Origin: Candidatus Gastranaerophilales bacterium
GTDB lineage: Bacteria > Cyanobacteriota > Vampirovibrionia > Gastranaerophilales > Gastranaerophilaceae
DNA: 64,000 nucleotides
Assembly (NCBI GenBank): GCA_944325185.1
Contig: CALUZA010000059.1
Location: 6,140-70,139, forward strand
Direction: 5' to 3'
How positions within the stretch are numbered: the first letter of the stretch is position 1; each line of letters begins with the position of its first letter. Of the stretch, positions 48,807 through 57,918 are shown piece after piece. The translations under genes were made by a program, and so were the position numbers. The notes beneath the pieces were generated by a model that searched no databases, was not told where the DNA came from, and was given only the letters and a program-made list of their open reading frames with translations.

Positions 48807-48890
48807 CTTAAATAAACATGCTTTCCTAAATAAAATAATACTATCCGTTTTATTCTTTGTCTATCATATTGAAAGTGGATAAAATTTTTT

Positions 48891-48905
48891 TGTTATAATT
48901 TTTAT
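48891..48905 (+). promoter_or_regulatory. extended -10 promoter placed for a leaderless transcript
   Basis: TGTTATAAT (48891-48899) ends 6 nt before ATG 48906. There is no SD. Confidence 0.4.
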
Positions 48906-50696
48906 ATGGAAAAACTGGAACTTTTAGCCCCTGCAAAAGACTACAATTGCGCAATAAGCGCAATAAATTCGGGTGCAGATGCAATTTATGTCGGTGCTTT
49001 TGATTTTGGCGCAAGAAAAAACGCCTCGAATTCTCTTGAAACTATTGAAAAAATAATAAATTATGCTCACATTTTTAATGTAAAAGTATATGTAACCCTA
49101 AATACAATTTTAAACGATGATGAATTAAACGAATGCAAAAATTTAATTAAAAAATTATATGAAATTAAAACAGATGCAATTATTATTCAAGATTTTGGAA
49201 TTTTAACCTTGGCGCTTGAAAATGAAATACCCCCAATTACCCTGCATGCAAGCACACAATGCAACAATAAAACTCTTGAAAAAATAAAATTTTTAGAAGA
49301 AACAGGTTTTAAAAGAGCAATTCTTGCAAGAGAATTACCGCTAAATAAAATTGAAGAAATCAGAAAAAATACAAACATAGAACTTGAACATTTTATTCAT
49401 GGAGCACTATGCGTTTGCTATTCAGGACAATGCTATATGTCCGAATATATAGGCAAAAGAAGCGCAAACAAAGGTAACTGCGCTCAAGCTTGTAGAAAAA
49501 AATATTCCCTCTTAACAAAAAACGGCAAATATATTACAAAAAACAAATATTTACTTTCCCTAAAAGACAACAATCTTTCAAATCATATAGATAAACTTAT
49601 AAAAGCAGGGGTTACATCTTTCAAAATAGAAGGAAGATTAAAAGACGAAAACTACATAAAAAACGTTGTTCTATACTATAATAATCTGCTTGAAAAATAC
49701 CCGAGAACAAGCCACGGTAAAATTATAAAAGATTTCACTCCTAATCTTGCAAAATCTTTCAATAGAGGTTTTTGTGATGATTATTTGTTTAACAAAAAAG
49801 ACAATATCTATAATTTTATTACTCCAAAATCAATCGGGGAGTTCATAGGGACAATAAGTGGAGTCTTTGAAAATGGTATAACCGTTAAAACAGATAAAGA
49901 AATCTCGCCTCAAGACGGCTTATTTATAATTACGGATAATGATTCTAACGGTTTTTTGGTCAACAAAACAGAAAAAATAAAAAATGGAATAAAAATTTTT
50001 CCGAATAAAAAATTAGATAAAAGTTTTTTAAAACCGGAAACTAAAATTTATAGAAATTTGGATGTTAAATTTAATAAATTGCTTGAAAATTCAAAGACCG
50101 TAAGAAAAATTGAAGTTGATTTTACAATATATGAAAGCAAAATTGAAGTTAAGGACATAAACAATAACAAAATTAAGTTAGAATTTAATTTCAAAGAATT
50201 TGCAAACAATCAAGAAAAAATGAAAGAAAATTTTATAAAATCATTAACAAAAACATCTGAAAGCCCTTATCTGACAAGAAAAATTGAATTTAATACAGAA
50301 AAACTGCCCTTTTTACCAATTAGCGAAATCAATGAACTAAGACGAGAAATTTTAAATCAACTAAGTGAAAAAATATTAAAAAACTATAAAACAAAAAAAC
50401 AAAAACCGCTAAACATATCCCAATTTCCTCAAGAACAGGGGGATTATAAGTTAAATGTACACAATAGAAAAGCAGAAGAGTTTTATGAACTTTCAGGATG
50501 TAAAATTATAGAAAAAAGTTTTGAAAGCCAAGATAATCGCAAAAATAAAGAACTTATGATAACAAAACACTGTCTTAAAAGAGCATTTCTTGGCTGCAAT
50601 AATAACGAAGAACTTTATCTTGAAGATGAAAAAAATGTCAAATATCCTCTTGTTTTTGATTGCAAAAATTGCGAAATGAAAATCCTTGCCCCTTAA
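48906..50696 (+). CDS. U32-family peptidase-like protein
   Basis: ELLAPA...SGADAIYVG, E.FIHGALCVCYSGQCYMS, and a CAQACR Cys cluster typical of the U32 family. Confidence 0.85.
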   Translation: MEKLELLAPAKDYNCAISAINSGADAIYVGAFDFGARKNASNSLETIEKIINYAHIFNVKVYVTLNTILNDDELNECKNLIKKLYEIKTDAIIIQDFGILTLALENEIPPITLHASTQCNNKTLEKIKFLEETGFKRAILARELPLNKIEEIRKNTNIELEHFIHGALCVCYSGQCYMSEYIGKRSANKGNCAQACRKKYSLLTKNGKYITKNKYLLSLKDNNLSNHIDKLIKAGVTSFKIEGRLKDENYIKNVVLYYNNLLEKYPRTSHGKIIKDFTPNLAKSFNRGFCDDYLFNKKDNIYNFITPKSIGEFIGTISGVFENGITVKTDKEISPQDGLFIITDNDSNGFLVNKTEKIKNGIKIFPNKKLDKSFLKPETKIYRNLDVKFNKLLENSKTVRKIEVDFTIYESKIEVKDINNNKIKLEFNFKEFANNQEKMKENFIKSLTKTSESPYLTRKIEFNTEKLPFLPISEINELRREILNQLSEKILKNYKTKKQKPLNISQFPQEQGDYKLNVHNRKAEEFYELSGCKIIEKSFESQDNRKNKELMITKHCLKRAFLGCNNNEELYLEDEKNVKYPLVFDCKNCEMKILAP

Positions 50697-51934
50697 TTAT
50701 AATCTTTGATTTTAAAAGCATAATACATTTCAAAAATACTTAAAATCAAAAATAATGCAAAAACGAGCAAATATGATTTATTTGAATAAATCATAATTCC
50801 ATTAACATTCTCAGGCTTAAAAACATTCATCAACATGCCTGAAATCATACCCAAAATTCCGACCATCATAAAAAAACCAAAATTCTGTATACTTACTGCA
50901 GTAGCAGACACTTCATAACGATTAAAAAGATGCAAAGTTGTAATCAAAAGCGGCGAAATGCTTCCTATGAACGAAGGTATACAGAAGATAAATGCTATTA
51001 ATTTTGTCTGAATATCAAAAGCAAGCAATACAGAAATAGACAGAACAGAAACAAAAGAAAGAACGGAAACAGTCTTAAAAATTACTGACCTTCTATTGTG
51101 CATGCATTTTGAAATAATAGCCGTAATTGTACCTGCAAAAGCAGAAATAACAGCCATACAAGATAATATCAATGCAGCTTTATTAACTCCTATATTACAG
51201 AAATCCTGCAAAAACTTTTTACCTATAACTGTTTGCAAAACATAATAAAGTCCATAATTTATGCTTCCAAATAAAAATACATTTATATTTTTCTTATTTG
51301 ATAATACTTCCCTAAAAGGGGCTAATGACAAATGTGTATCAGTTTCTATATGCACCGGTTTAAAGAAAAACAATACTGCCAAATAAACTAATGCCAAAAA
51401 TAATGTAAAATACCCGACTAAATAAAGAGAATTTCTCCACCCAATCTCATTTACGCACATCACAAAAGGTGCATTTGCAATAATACCGCCGCTGTAGCCG
51501 ATAAATAATATATAAGATACAGCAAGAGAAAAATTCCTGTCTTTTGCGTATTTTTTAACTTCGCGAATAACACTTAAATAAAATGTTGCTGCACCAAAGC
51601 CCACAAAAGCCCTTGAAAGATACAATCCTAATACTGTATTTGAGTGTGGAAAAATAATTGCGCCAATAGCAAACATAATGCTTCCGATTGCTATAACTCT
51701 AAAACCGCCTATTTTATCCACCATCAAACCAACAACAAGCTGTGTTATTGCATATACATAACAAAAAATTGCCCCAAGCAAAGTAATTTTTGATGCGCAA
51801 GCAGAAAAATCACTCTGCAACAAATCAAATATCGCACCCGGAATTGCAACTCTTTGAACATTAGCTAAAAAATAAAATACTGTTGCAATGAAAATCAAAA
51901 TAAATCTGTAATAATGTTTTTGATGTAACGTCAT
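50693..51934 (-). CDS. MFS transporter
   Basis: About 12 predicted TM helices, with a loop 2-3 motif (GLMVDKIGGFRV). Confidence 0.8.
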   Translation of the reverse strand: MTLHQKHYYRFILIFIATVFYFLANVQRVAIPGAIFDLLQSDFSACASKITLLGAIFCYVYAITQLVVGLMVDKIGGFRVIAIGSIMFAIGAIIFPHSNTVLGLYLSRAFVGFGAATFYLSVIREVKKYAKDRNFSLAVSYILFIGYSGGIIANAPFVMCVNEIGWRNSLYLVGYFTLFLALVYLAVLFFFKPVHIETDTHLSLAPFREVLSNKKNINVFLFGSINYGLYYVLQTVIGKKFLQDFCNIGVNKAALILSCMAVISAFAGTITAIISKCMHNRRSVIFKTVSVLSFVSVLSISVLLAFDIQTKLIAFIFCIPSFIGSISPLLITTLHLFNRYEVSATAVSIQNFGFFMMVGILGMISGMLMNVFKPENVNGIMIYSNKSYLLVFALFLILSIFEMYYAFKIKDYN

Positions 51935-51946
51935 AAAAATACCAAA

Positions 51947-52285
51947 TTACTTTTTAAATATAAAAAATACTGCAAGAACTATAAAAATAAATCCGATTAA
52001 ATAATTCCAGCGAAACTGTTCTTTTAAATAAAGAACGCTAAACAAAGAAAATATTATTAAAGTTATAACTTCTTGTATTGTCTTTAATTGAACAACATTA
52101 TAAACCTCATGTCCAAAGCGATTTGCAGGAACCTGAAAACAATATTCAAAAAAGGCAATCAGCCAAGAAACCAATATAACAAGCCACAAAGCCGAATTTT
52201 TATGTCTTAAATGCCCATACCAAGCAAAAGTCATAAAAACATTTGAAATTGTTAATAAAATAATTGGCGTAAAGTACTTAATCAT
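51947..52285 (-). CDS. DMT-superfamily small membrane protein (DUF486)
   Basis: NVFMTFAWYGHLR signature. Four TM helices, 112 aa. Confidence 0.75.
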   Translation of the reverse strand: MIKYFTPIILLTISNVFMTFAWYGHLRHKNSALWLVILVSWLIAFFEYCFQVPANRFGHEVYNVVQLKTIQEVITLIIFSLFSVLYLKEQFRWNYLIGFIFIVLAVFFIFKK

Positions 52286-52433
52286 ATCCTAATTTTAGTA
52301 TAAAAATAAAAGAGATTTAAAAAGTTATTTTTGTTAAAAATTATTAATTTAATCATTTTTGAATAATTTAAATTTGTCCTTATGAAAAAGGTATGCGTAT
52401 AATTATATTAATTAGCTAAAGAGTTGGAGGATT

Positions 52434-53078
52434 ATGAAAAAATCTCTTATATATACAATTATTTTATCTTTTTTATTTGGAAGCAGTGTTTATGCAATTC
52501 AAGAACCCAATATCGGACAATCAACAAATTCAGACATCATAAAACAATACAAAGATGTTACGGAAGACGAAAACGTCATTCAGGCAGTCGAAATGCTAAA
52601 AAATACCACAGGTAAATATTCACGCGAAGCAATTTTGGGCAAAAACTTATCCAAAAGACCAATTAAAATAGAATTTGCAAACCTTGCAACAATAAACCCT
52701 ATGTATGCCAATTTCGATGCCTTGGGATGGAAAAAGAAAAAGAATTTATGTATTTACATAAATGAAAAACACAAAGATGCTCCTATTGAAGCATTGAGCG
52801 CAATTTTAGCACATGAAGCAATACATCAGGATGAATACAATTCCTTAAACGAAGAAACATACGCATGGACTTTGGAAGCTGCTGTTTGGACTCAATTGAC
52901 AGAAGACAATCCCGAGCTAGAAAAAATCTCACATCCTTTGGTTGAACGTGAGAATGTAATCAAAAAGTTGTTCGTTAGAGGTAACTACACGAGCAAATAC
53001 ATCCATAAATTTGTAGTAACAAATAAAGGATACCAAAATTTGCCCGAGCGTTCCTATGGTTTTGAAGAATTATTATAA
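52434..53078 (+). CDS. secreted hypothetical protein with HExxH motif
   Basis: SD GGAGGA. Signal peptide ...GSSVYA/IQ. ILAHEAIHQDE is a possible zinc-metalloprotease motif, but no third ligand is identified. Confidence 0.55.
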   Translation: MKKSLIYTIILSFLFGSSVYAIQEPNIGQSTNSDIIKQYKDVTEDENVIQAVEMLKNTTGKYSREAILGKNLSKRPIKIEFANLATINPMYANFDALGWKKKKNLCIYINEKHKDAPIEALSAILAHEAIHQDEYNSLNEETYAWTLEAAVWTQLTEDNPELEKISHPLVERENVIKKLFVRGNYTSKYIHKFVVTNKGYQNLPERSYGFEELL

Positions 53079-53079
53079 T

Positions 53080-53235
53080 TTATTTTCCGTATGAATTAAC
53101 CCAACGAGAAGCAAGATGAGCAAAATAAGCTGCCCTAAATTCTTCCGAGGACATATTTTCCACAACGGCAGGGACTATCACAAGAAATGTGTACACAATC
53201 ATTCCAAAAAATACAAGACTGAATAATTCTAACAT
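53080..53235 (-). CDS. possible small membrane protein (51 aa), own ORF call
   Basis: Translation: MLELFSLVFFGMIVYTFLVIVPAVVENMSSEEFRAAYFAHLASRWVNSYGK*. It is preceded by GAGGT with a 7-nt spacer and has one TM helix. Confidence 0.3.
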   Translation of the reverse strand: MLELFSLVFFGMIVYTFLVIVPAVVENMSSEEFRAAYFAHLASRWVNSYGK

Positions 53236-53481
53236 TATATAACCTCGCTTTCGCTTGTCATCATATTTAATTTAGACGGTCAAAACTGAGTGAAACTTTA
53301 TACCATGTGAACTTTTTTTAATAAAAATTTACATTTTATTTGACGAATTATAATCAATTTTGTTGCTTGTATTTATGTACACACACCTAAAACACGCCAA
53401 TATTATAATACAAAAAAGGTTAATATTCAAGTTTATAAGTTAAATATTTTATATTAAAATACAAATAAAGACGGTGGGAAT

Positions 53482-54357
53482 ATGAAAAAAATTATACTAA
53501 TATTAACTATATTTTTTATCTCAATCAACCCCTTATTTGCAAAGGATTTTCTCCAATATTGTTCACTAAATAACGCTCAAAAAACAGTATTTGGAAATAT
53601 TTCAAGTTTGTTCGGAGTTAATTTTTTGAGCAGAAACATTATTGAACATGAAATTTCAAAAAATCTAAAAAAAGAAACAAACTCAAAATTTAAAGTAGAT
53701 ATTGATAATTTCTACGGAGTAAATGTCCTTCAGGGCGATTTTAAATCTCTAAAAGCTCAAAGCAACGATTTTAATTACAAAGGTTTCTACACCTCTAACC
53801 TAAACGTTGAAACCTTATGCCCTTATAATTCGGTTGTTTTAGATAACAATCAATTATATTTTAAAGAAAACATGGTATTAAAATATTCAACCGATATAAC
53901 ACAACAAGATCTCGATAAAACTTTTAACTCTGCCGAATACAAAAAAATTATAGATAAAATGAACAATGATAAAATTTTATCTTCTATATTAAAAATTCAA
54001 AATTCAAAAGCTGAAATAAAAGATGATAAATTAATTTTTAAATATGAGGTTATGCCAACAATAAGTAATAATTTAAGCTATTTAATCCCCTTTACACTAA
54101 AACCGGCCAAAATATCATTTAGTACAAATTTAAGAGCTTCCAACGGCAAGCTTGAGCTTTGCGATTTTGAACTAAATTCCAAAAAATACTACTACAGCTA
54201 CTTTTTGCCAATAATCAATCTATTAAATCCTCTTGATTATGCTATTTCACTTGATAAAAACAATAAAGGGGAAAACGAAATCCAAACAGTAAAAATTGCT
54301 GATTCTAAAATAAAAATTGACGGTATAGTTTTAATAAAGAAAAATTATGAAAAATAA
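53482..54357 (+). CDS. secreted hypothetical protein
   Basis: SD GGTGGGA. Signal peptide MKKIILILTIFFISINPLFA/KD. No known motifs. Confidence 0.6.
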   Translation: MKKIILILTIFFISINPLFAKDFLQYCSLNNAQKTVFGNISSLFGVNFLSRNIIEHEISKNLKKETNSKFKVDIDNFYGVNVLQGDFKSLKAQSNDFNYKGFYTSNLNVETLCPYNSVVLDNNQLYFKENMVLKYSTDITQQDLDKTFNSAEYKKIIDKMNNDKILSSILKIQNSKAEIKDDKLIFKYEVMPTISNNLSYLIPFTLKPAKISFSTNLRASNGKLELCDFELNSKKYYYSYFLPIINLLNPLDYAISLDKNNKGENEIQTVKIADSKIKIDGIVLIKKNYEK

Positions 54358-54383
54358 TAGGAGGCTTGATTAGCCTCCTATTT
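54358..54383. terminator. bidirectional rho-independent terminator
   Basis: TAGGAGGCT (54358-54366) / AGCCTCCTA (54372-54380) followed by TTT, between convergent genes. Confidence 0.6.
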
Positions 54384-54386
54384 AAT

Positions 54387-54995
54387 TTATTTACAACAAT
54401 CAGTGCAAGGGAATTTATATACAGCACCATATTTAATTAATTTTTTCATTTTTCTTTTTTCGGTTCTTTGGAATTTTCTAAAATCAGAATACTGATTTTT
54501 GCATAATTGTTCTTTTACTTCATCTCTGAAATCTTTACATTTCTCTTTCGCTTCTTTTCTCATTTCTTTAAGAACTTTTGCTTGGTCTTTCCAGCAATCA
54601 TTATTGCATTCAATCATATTTAAAAGCTTGTCTTTTTCCATTCTATATTTTGCATGGTGAGCTTCCATGTCTGATTTGAAATTTTTATATATATTATCAA
54701 TACAAGCTTCTTGTTTTTTTGTTAAACACAAATCTTTTTTCATTTTTTTATATTGTTTATCAAAGAAACATTGATTATAAACACAATACTCATCATCATC
54801 TACAGAGCATTTGTCGCAAGTTGTTTTTTCTTCACAAGGATTTGTTTTTTCTTCGCATGGATTAGCTTTTTCACAAGCACAATCAGGGGTTTTTGCGCAA
54901 TTTGTTTTTGCTTGTTTATTCATATCACAAGTTGCAGCCAATGAAACAGAACTAAAAACAGTCAATGCCAAAAAAGAGAACAATAATTTTTTCAT
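54387..54995 (-). CDS. secreted Cys-rich protein with an LTxxQ (Spy/CpxP/ZraP-like) helical region
   Basis: Signal peptide ...VSLA/AT. Tandem NPCEEKT x2, an LTKKQ motif, and a basic helical C-terminus ending CTDCCK. Confidence 0.55.
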   Translation of the reverse strand: MKKLLFSFLALTVFSSVSLAATCDMNKQAKTNCAKTPDCACEKANPCEEKTNPCEEKTTCDKCSVDDDEYCVYNQCFFDKQYKKMKKDLCLTKKQEACIDNIYKNFKSDMEAHHAKYRMEKDKLLNMIECNNDCWKDQAKVLKEMRKEAKEKCKDFRDEVKEQLCKNQYSDFRKFQRTEKRKMKKLIKYGAVYKFPCTDCCK

Positions 54996-55181
54996 TTTTT
55001 AACCTTTCAAAATCGTATATTTCAAAAATATCAGAGCACAAAAAAATCTTAAATCGACCATTGGATAATGCCTTGGAGAATAATATTAATTTTTTTAAAA
55101 AAATGTTTGACGTAAAATTTTGTTCTTGGTATATTGATAAAGCAGTCGTTCGAAGACTGTTGAAAATTTATTATAGAATTT

Positions 55182-55254
55182 GCGTCTGTAGCTCAGCAGG
55201 TAGAGCACTCCCCTTTTAAGGGATAGGTCGCGCGTTCGAATCGCGCCAGACGCA
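55182..55254 (+). tRNA. tRNA-Lys (anticodon UUU)
   Basis: 73-nt cloverleaf: acceptor GCGTCTG/CAGACGC, D-arm GCTC-AGCAGGTA-GAGC, anticodon loop CTTTTAA (the first stem pair is a C-U mismatch), T-arm GCGCG-TTCGAAT-CGCGC. Confidence 0.8.
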
Positions 55255-55270
55255 AATTTTATTTTAAAAA

Positions 55271-55315
55271 ATAGGTCGCGCGTTTGAATCACGCAGTACC
55301 GCAAATTTTATTTTA
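55271..55315 (+). repeat. degenerate duplicate of the tRNA-Lys 3' half plus its downstream flank
   Basis: ataggtcgcgcgtttgaatcacgcagtaccgcaaattttatttta compares with 55223-55266 ataggtcgcgcgttcgaatcgcgccagacgcaaattttatttta. The period is 48 bp. Confidence 0.7.
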
Positions 55316-55379
55316 GGGATGGATAGCTTATCTAAATTAACATATCACAGATATTTTTAATTAATATCGCAATTGCTAA

Positions 55380-56831
55380 CTATATTTTTCCAATAACAGT
55401 AAGCTTATAGTCGCTTGCAATTTCTTCAAAACAAATAACAGGAACATCCATAAAAAGTTGAGAAACGAGAATAAAAATAATCTGCCTAAACTGCTGAGGC
55501 ACGACCAAAACAGCGTTTTTGTCTATTATATCTTTTCTCATTTCCTTTAAAATCTTTTTAAATTTGCTAAATTTAGATAAATCAATTTTTACACTGGTTT
55601 CTTCTTTATTTGTTTGCATTTCCAAAAGTTCAATTGTTTCATCATCAATTTCATATGCAAAAATCTCTTTTTCTTTTGTTGCAACACTTTCTGAAATCTG
55701 TCTTGAAAGCGCCATTCTCAATTTATCCAACAAATCTGCCTTTGAAGGATCATCAGAAAAATCATTCAATTTTTCAAAAATATATGTAATATCTTTTATA
55801 CTTACTCTTTCCCTGATTAATTGAGTTAAAATATACTTTAGTTCGGAAATACTTATGTATTCTCCTAAAATCGTCTCGGTTAAGAACGAGTTTTGATTTG
55901 TTACAAAATCGACGTAACGATTTAAATCATTATAATCAAATATTTCATCAACATGTACAATAGCAAAATAACTTAAATAGTTTGCAATATACTCACTCGG
56001 CTCAATTCCATCAAGCCAATAATTTTCACATTCATCCTTTGAAATCCATATAAGCTTTCTTTTTGTAAGAGGGTCTTTTGTTTTGTATGAATTTTTAGGT
56101 GCTTTTTCAATATTCAACTCGTCTTCAAAGAAAGCAAGATAATTAGGATAAGCTTTTGCATACATAACGCTCACGCCATGAATGTTTATAGAAAATTCAT
56201 ATTCATCCAGAGAAGTGTTTTCAATAAATTGTACTTTTGGAATTATATAACCCAATTCTTTCGCTAATTCCTGACGAATTTTAACAGTTTGAGAAAGAAG
56301 ATTTTTTTCTTCCTGCGGATTGCAAAGTGAATAATTTTCCTGTGAAAGACTTATTGAAAGTTTTTCCTCACCCAAAAATTTAGTCATTTTAGAAGGAGAT
56401 AATACCTCCTTTAAATCCCTTTTTAAATCATTTAATTCATCAATATCTTTTCTTATTTCTTCATTTAAAAGCTCACGCTCAGAATCTTTTGAGCTTTCAA
56501 GGAATTTTTTAACTCTTTCAATTTTTTCTTTTTTATCTCTAATTTTCTTTTGAAGATTTAGGCACAATTCATAAGGTTCTTCTTTGGAATATAGCATTTT
56601 TTCAACCTGAGAACGAAAATTTACAAGTTCATCATCGATTTCATCTGATAAATTCTCGCTTTCCTTAACAAAAATACAATTATATACAATTTTTGAATTT
56701 TGCTCCGCTTCGTAAATTGAATATAATTCCCATCCTGCTCCGGACATCGCATTCAAAGTATTTTCAAGCATCAAAGCATCATCTGTAGGAATTTGTTTTA
56801 TAGAAAATTCTTGCCTAAATTGTTTATTCAT
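55380..56831 (-). CDS. soluble FlhA/FHIPEP cytoplasmic-domain paralog with N-terminal DUF4177-like domain and coiled coil
   Basis: IRQELAKELGYIIPKVQFIENTSLDEYEFSINIHGV, LIRERVSIKDITYIFEKL, and VLVVPQQFRQIIFILVSQLFMDVPVICFEEI parallel the FlhA C-terminal domain blocks. No TM segments. The N-terminus contains GWELYSI. Confidence 0.75.
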   Translation of the reverse strand: MNKQFRQEFSIKQIPTDDALMLENTLNAMSGAGWELYSIYEAEQNSKIVYNCIFVKESENLSDEIDDELVNFRSQVEKMLYSKEEPYELCLNLQKKIRDKKEKIERVKKFLESSKDSERELLNEEIRKDIDELNDLKRDLKEVLSPSKMTKFLGEEKLSISLSQENYSLCNPQEEKNLLSQTVKIRQELAKELGYIIPKVQFIENTSLDEYEFSINIHGVSVMYAKAYPNYLAFFEDELNIEKAPKNSYKTKDPLTKRKLIWISKDECENYWLDGIEPSEYIANYLSYFAIVHVDEIFDYNDLNRYVDFVTNQNSFLTETILGEYISISELKYILTQLIRERVSIKDITYIFEKLNDFSDDPSKADLLDKLRMALSRQISESVATKEKEIFAYEIDDETIELLEMQTNKEETSVKIDLSKFSKFKKILKEMRKDIIDKNAVLVVPQQFRQIIFILVSQLFMDVPVICFEEIASDYKLTVIGKI

Positions 56832-56901
56832 AAAATCATTTTAACACAAAATTATTTACAATCTTACCCACACAATAAAAATAAAGTATACTGTTAGAGT
56901 C

Positions 56902-57510
56902 ATGTTTTTTCGAAAATTAAAAATAATTTTTAATCATTTGGATTTTAAAATCCAAAAAACTGATTTTTTTGCTTTTATCGCAATAATATTGTGCACAATG
57001 TACATAAAAATTTTTAATATAACAGAAATCCCAGAAAACAGCTTCCTTGAAAATATATCCTTAATTCCACTTGCAATAGGAGTATTTCTTTGCTTTAGAA
57101 CAAAAAAATACAAAGTATTTTTTAATATAATAGCTTTCATTTTTATTTTAATGATTTTAAGAGAACTCAGCTACGGCAGGGTGATTTTTTGCCAGATACC
57201 CAACCAACCAAACGAATTTTACCAATGGTCGCACTATAAATACGGATTTTTAGCCAATATAATTATTGGAGCATATATTTTCGGCATTTTTCTATATGGC
57301 ATTTTAAATAAAGTTTTTCTGGATATTATTAAAATTCTAAATAAAGTTTCCACACCATTTTGGAGCTTTTTATGTTCTTTTATTTGCATATTTATACAAA
57401 TATATTCCGAAAAAAGCCACAATACCTGCTTGGAAGAAACAATAGAACTCGGATTGTATTTGCTTATGATTTCAATTTGTATAACATATATTAAAAAACT
57501 AAACACCTAA
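56902..57510 (+). CDS. hypothetical polytopic membrane protein
   Basis: Five or six hydrophobic helices. No motifs. Confidence 0.55.
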   Translation: MFFRKLKIIFNHLDFKIQKTDFFAFIAIILCTMYIKIFNITEIPENSFLENISLIPLAIGVFLCFRTKKYKVFFNIIAFIFILMILRELSYGRVIFCQIPNQPNEFYQWSHYKYGFLANIIIGAYIFGIFLYGILNKVFLDIIKILNKVSTPFWSFLCSFICIFIQIYSEKSHNTCLEETIELGLYLLMISICITYIKKLNT

Positions 57511-57515
57511 AAAAA

Positions 57516-57540
57516 GGCTCTTGTTCTCTCCACAAGAGCC
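57516..57540. terminator. GC-rich hairpin whose U-run falls on the minus strand
   Basis: GGCTCTTGT / ACAAGAGCC with a 7-nt loop. A6 precedes it on the + strand, which is a T-run on the minus strand. No T-run follows on the + strand. Confidence 0.4.
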
Positions 57541-57693
57541 TAAGTAGCAAATACGGCATTTAATTACTAAGACGAAAAATATCGCATTTTGTTCCATATA
57601 TAAGCAAAATTGCAAATATTAATTTTTGTAAAATTTTTACCCTTTTCTGCAATTAAAAAACTTTCAAACACTTTATAAATATAAGATTGATAA

Positions 57694-57918
57694 ATGATTG
57701 AGAGAAAAGTTATGACAGAATTAGAACTCAACGCTTTATTTAACATTTCCCCAGAAAAAGTTAAAAATGTTTATGCTACAGACACTATTAAAAGTGTTCA
57801 AGAAATTCAAAGAATCGTAAAGATTTTTTCAATTGCAAAAGAACAAAGAAAAACATCAAAATGTATCTCAGCACGAGGCCTTGCAGCTTTTAGAGCAATT
57901 ATGGTAAGCAACAACTAG
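57694..57918 (+). CDS. hypothetical small protein (74 aa; alternative start 57712)
   Basis: ORF only. Weak SD GAGAGAAAAG lies before the second ATG. The 3' end overlaps the convergent gene by 4 nt. Confidence 0.3.
   Translation: MIERKVMTELELNALFNISPEKVKNVYATDTIKSVQEIQRIVKIFSIAKEQRKTSKCISARGLAAFRAIMVSNN

Noticed and set aside
48807-48905. A sigma-28 (FliA) promoter upstream of fliM.
   Set aside because: No TAAA-N15-GCCGATAA-like match was found on the minus strand. Only a partial CGGATAG is present.
52424-52615. A 63-aa ORF overlapping the start of the 52434 gene in another frame.
   Set aside because: The 52434 frame has the SD (GGAGGA) at correct spacing and a typical signal peptide. The alternative frame is Arg/Cys-rich with no support.
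54965-55304. ORFs 54965-55219 (+) and 55095-55304 (-) from the six-frame track.
   Set aside because: They run through the tRNA-Lys gene and its duplicated fragment, have no SD, and translate to low-complexity sequence.
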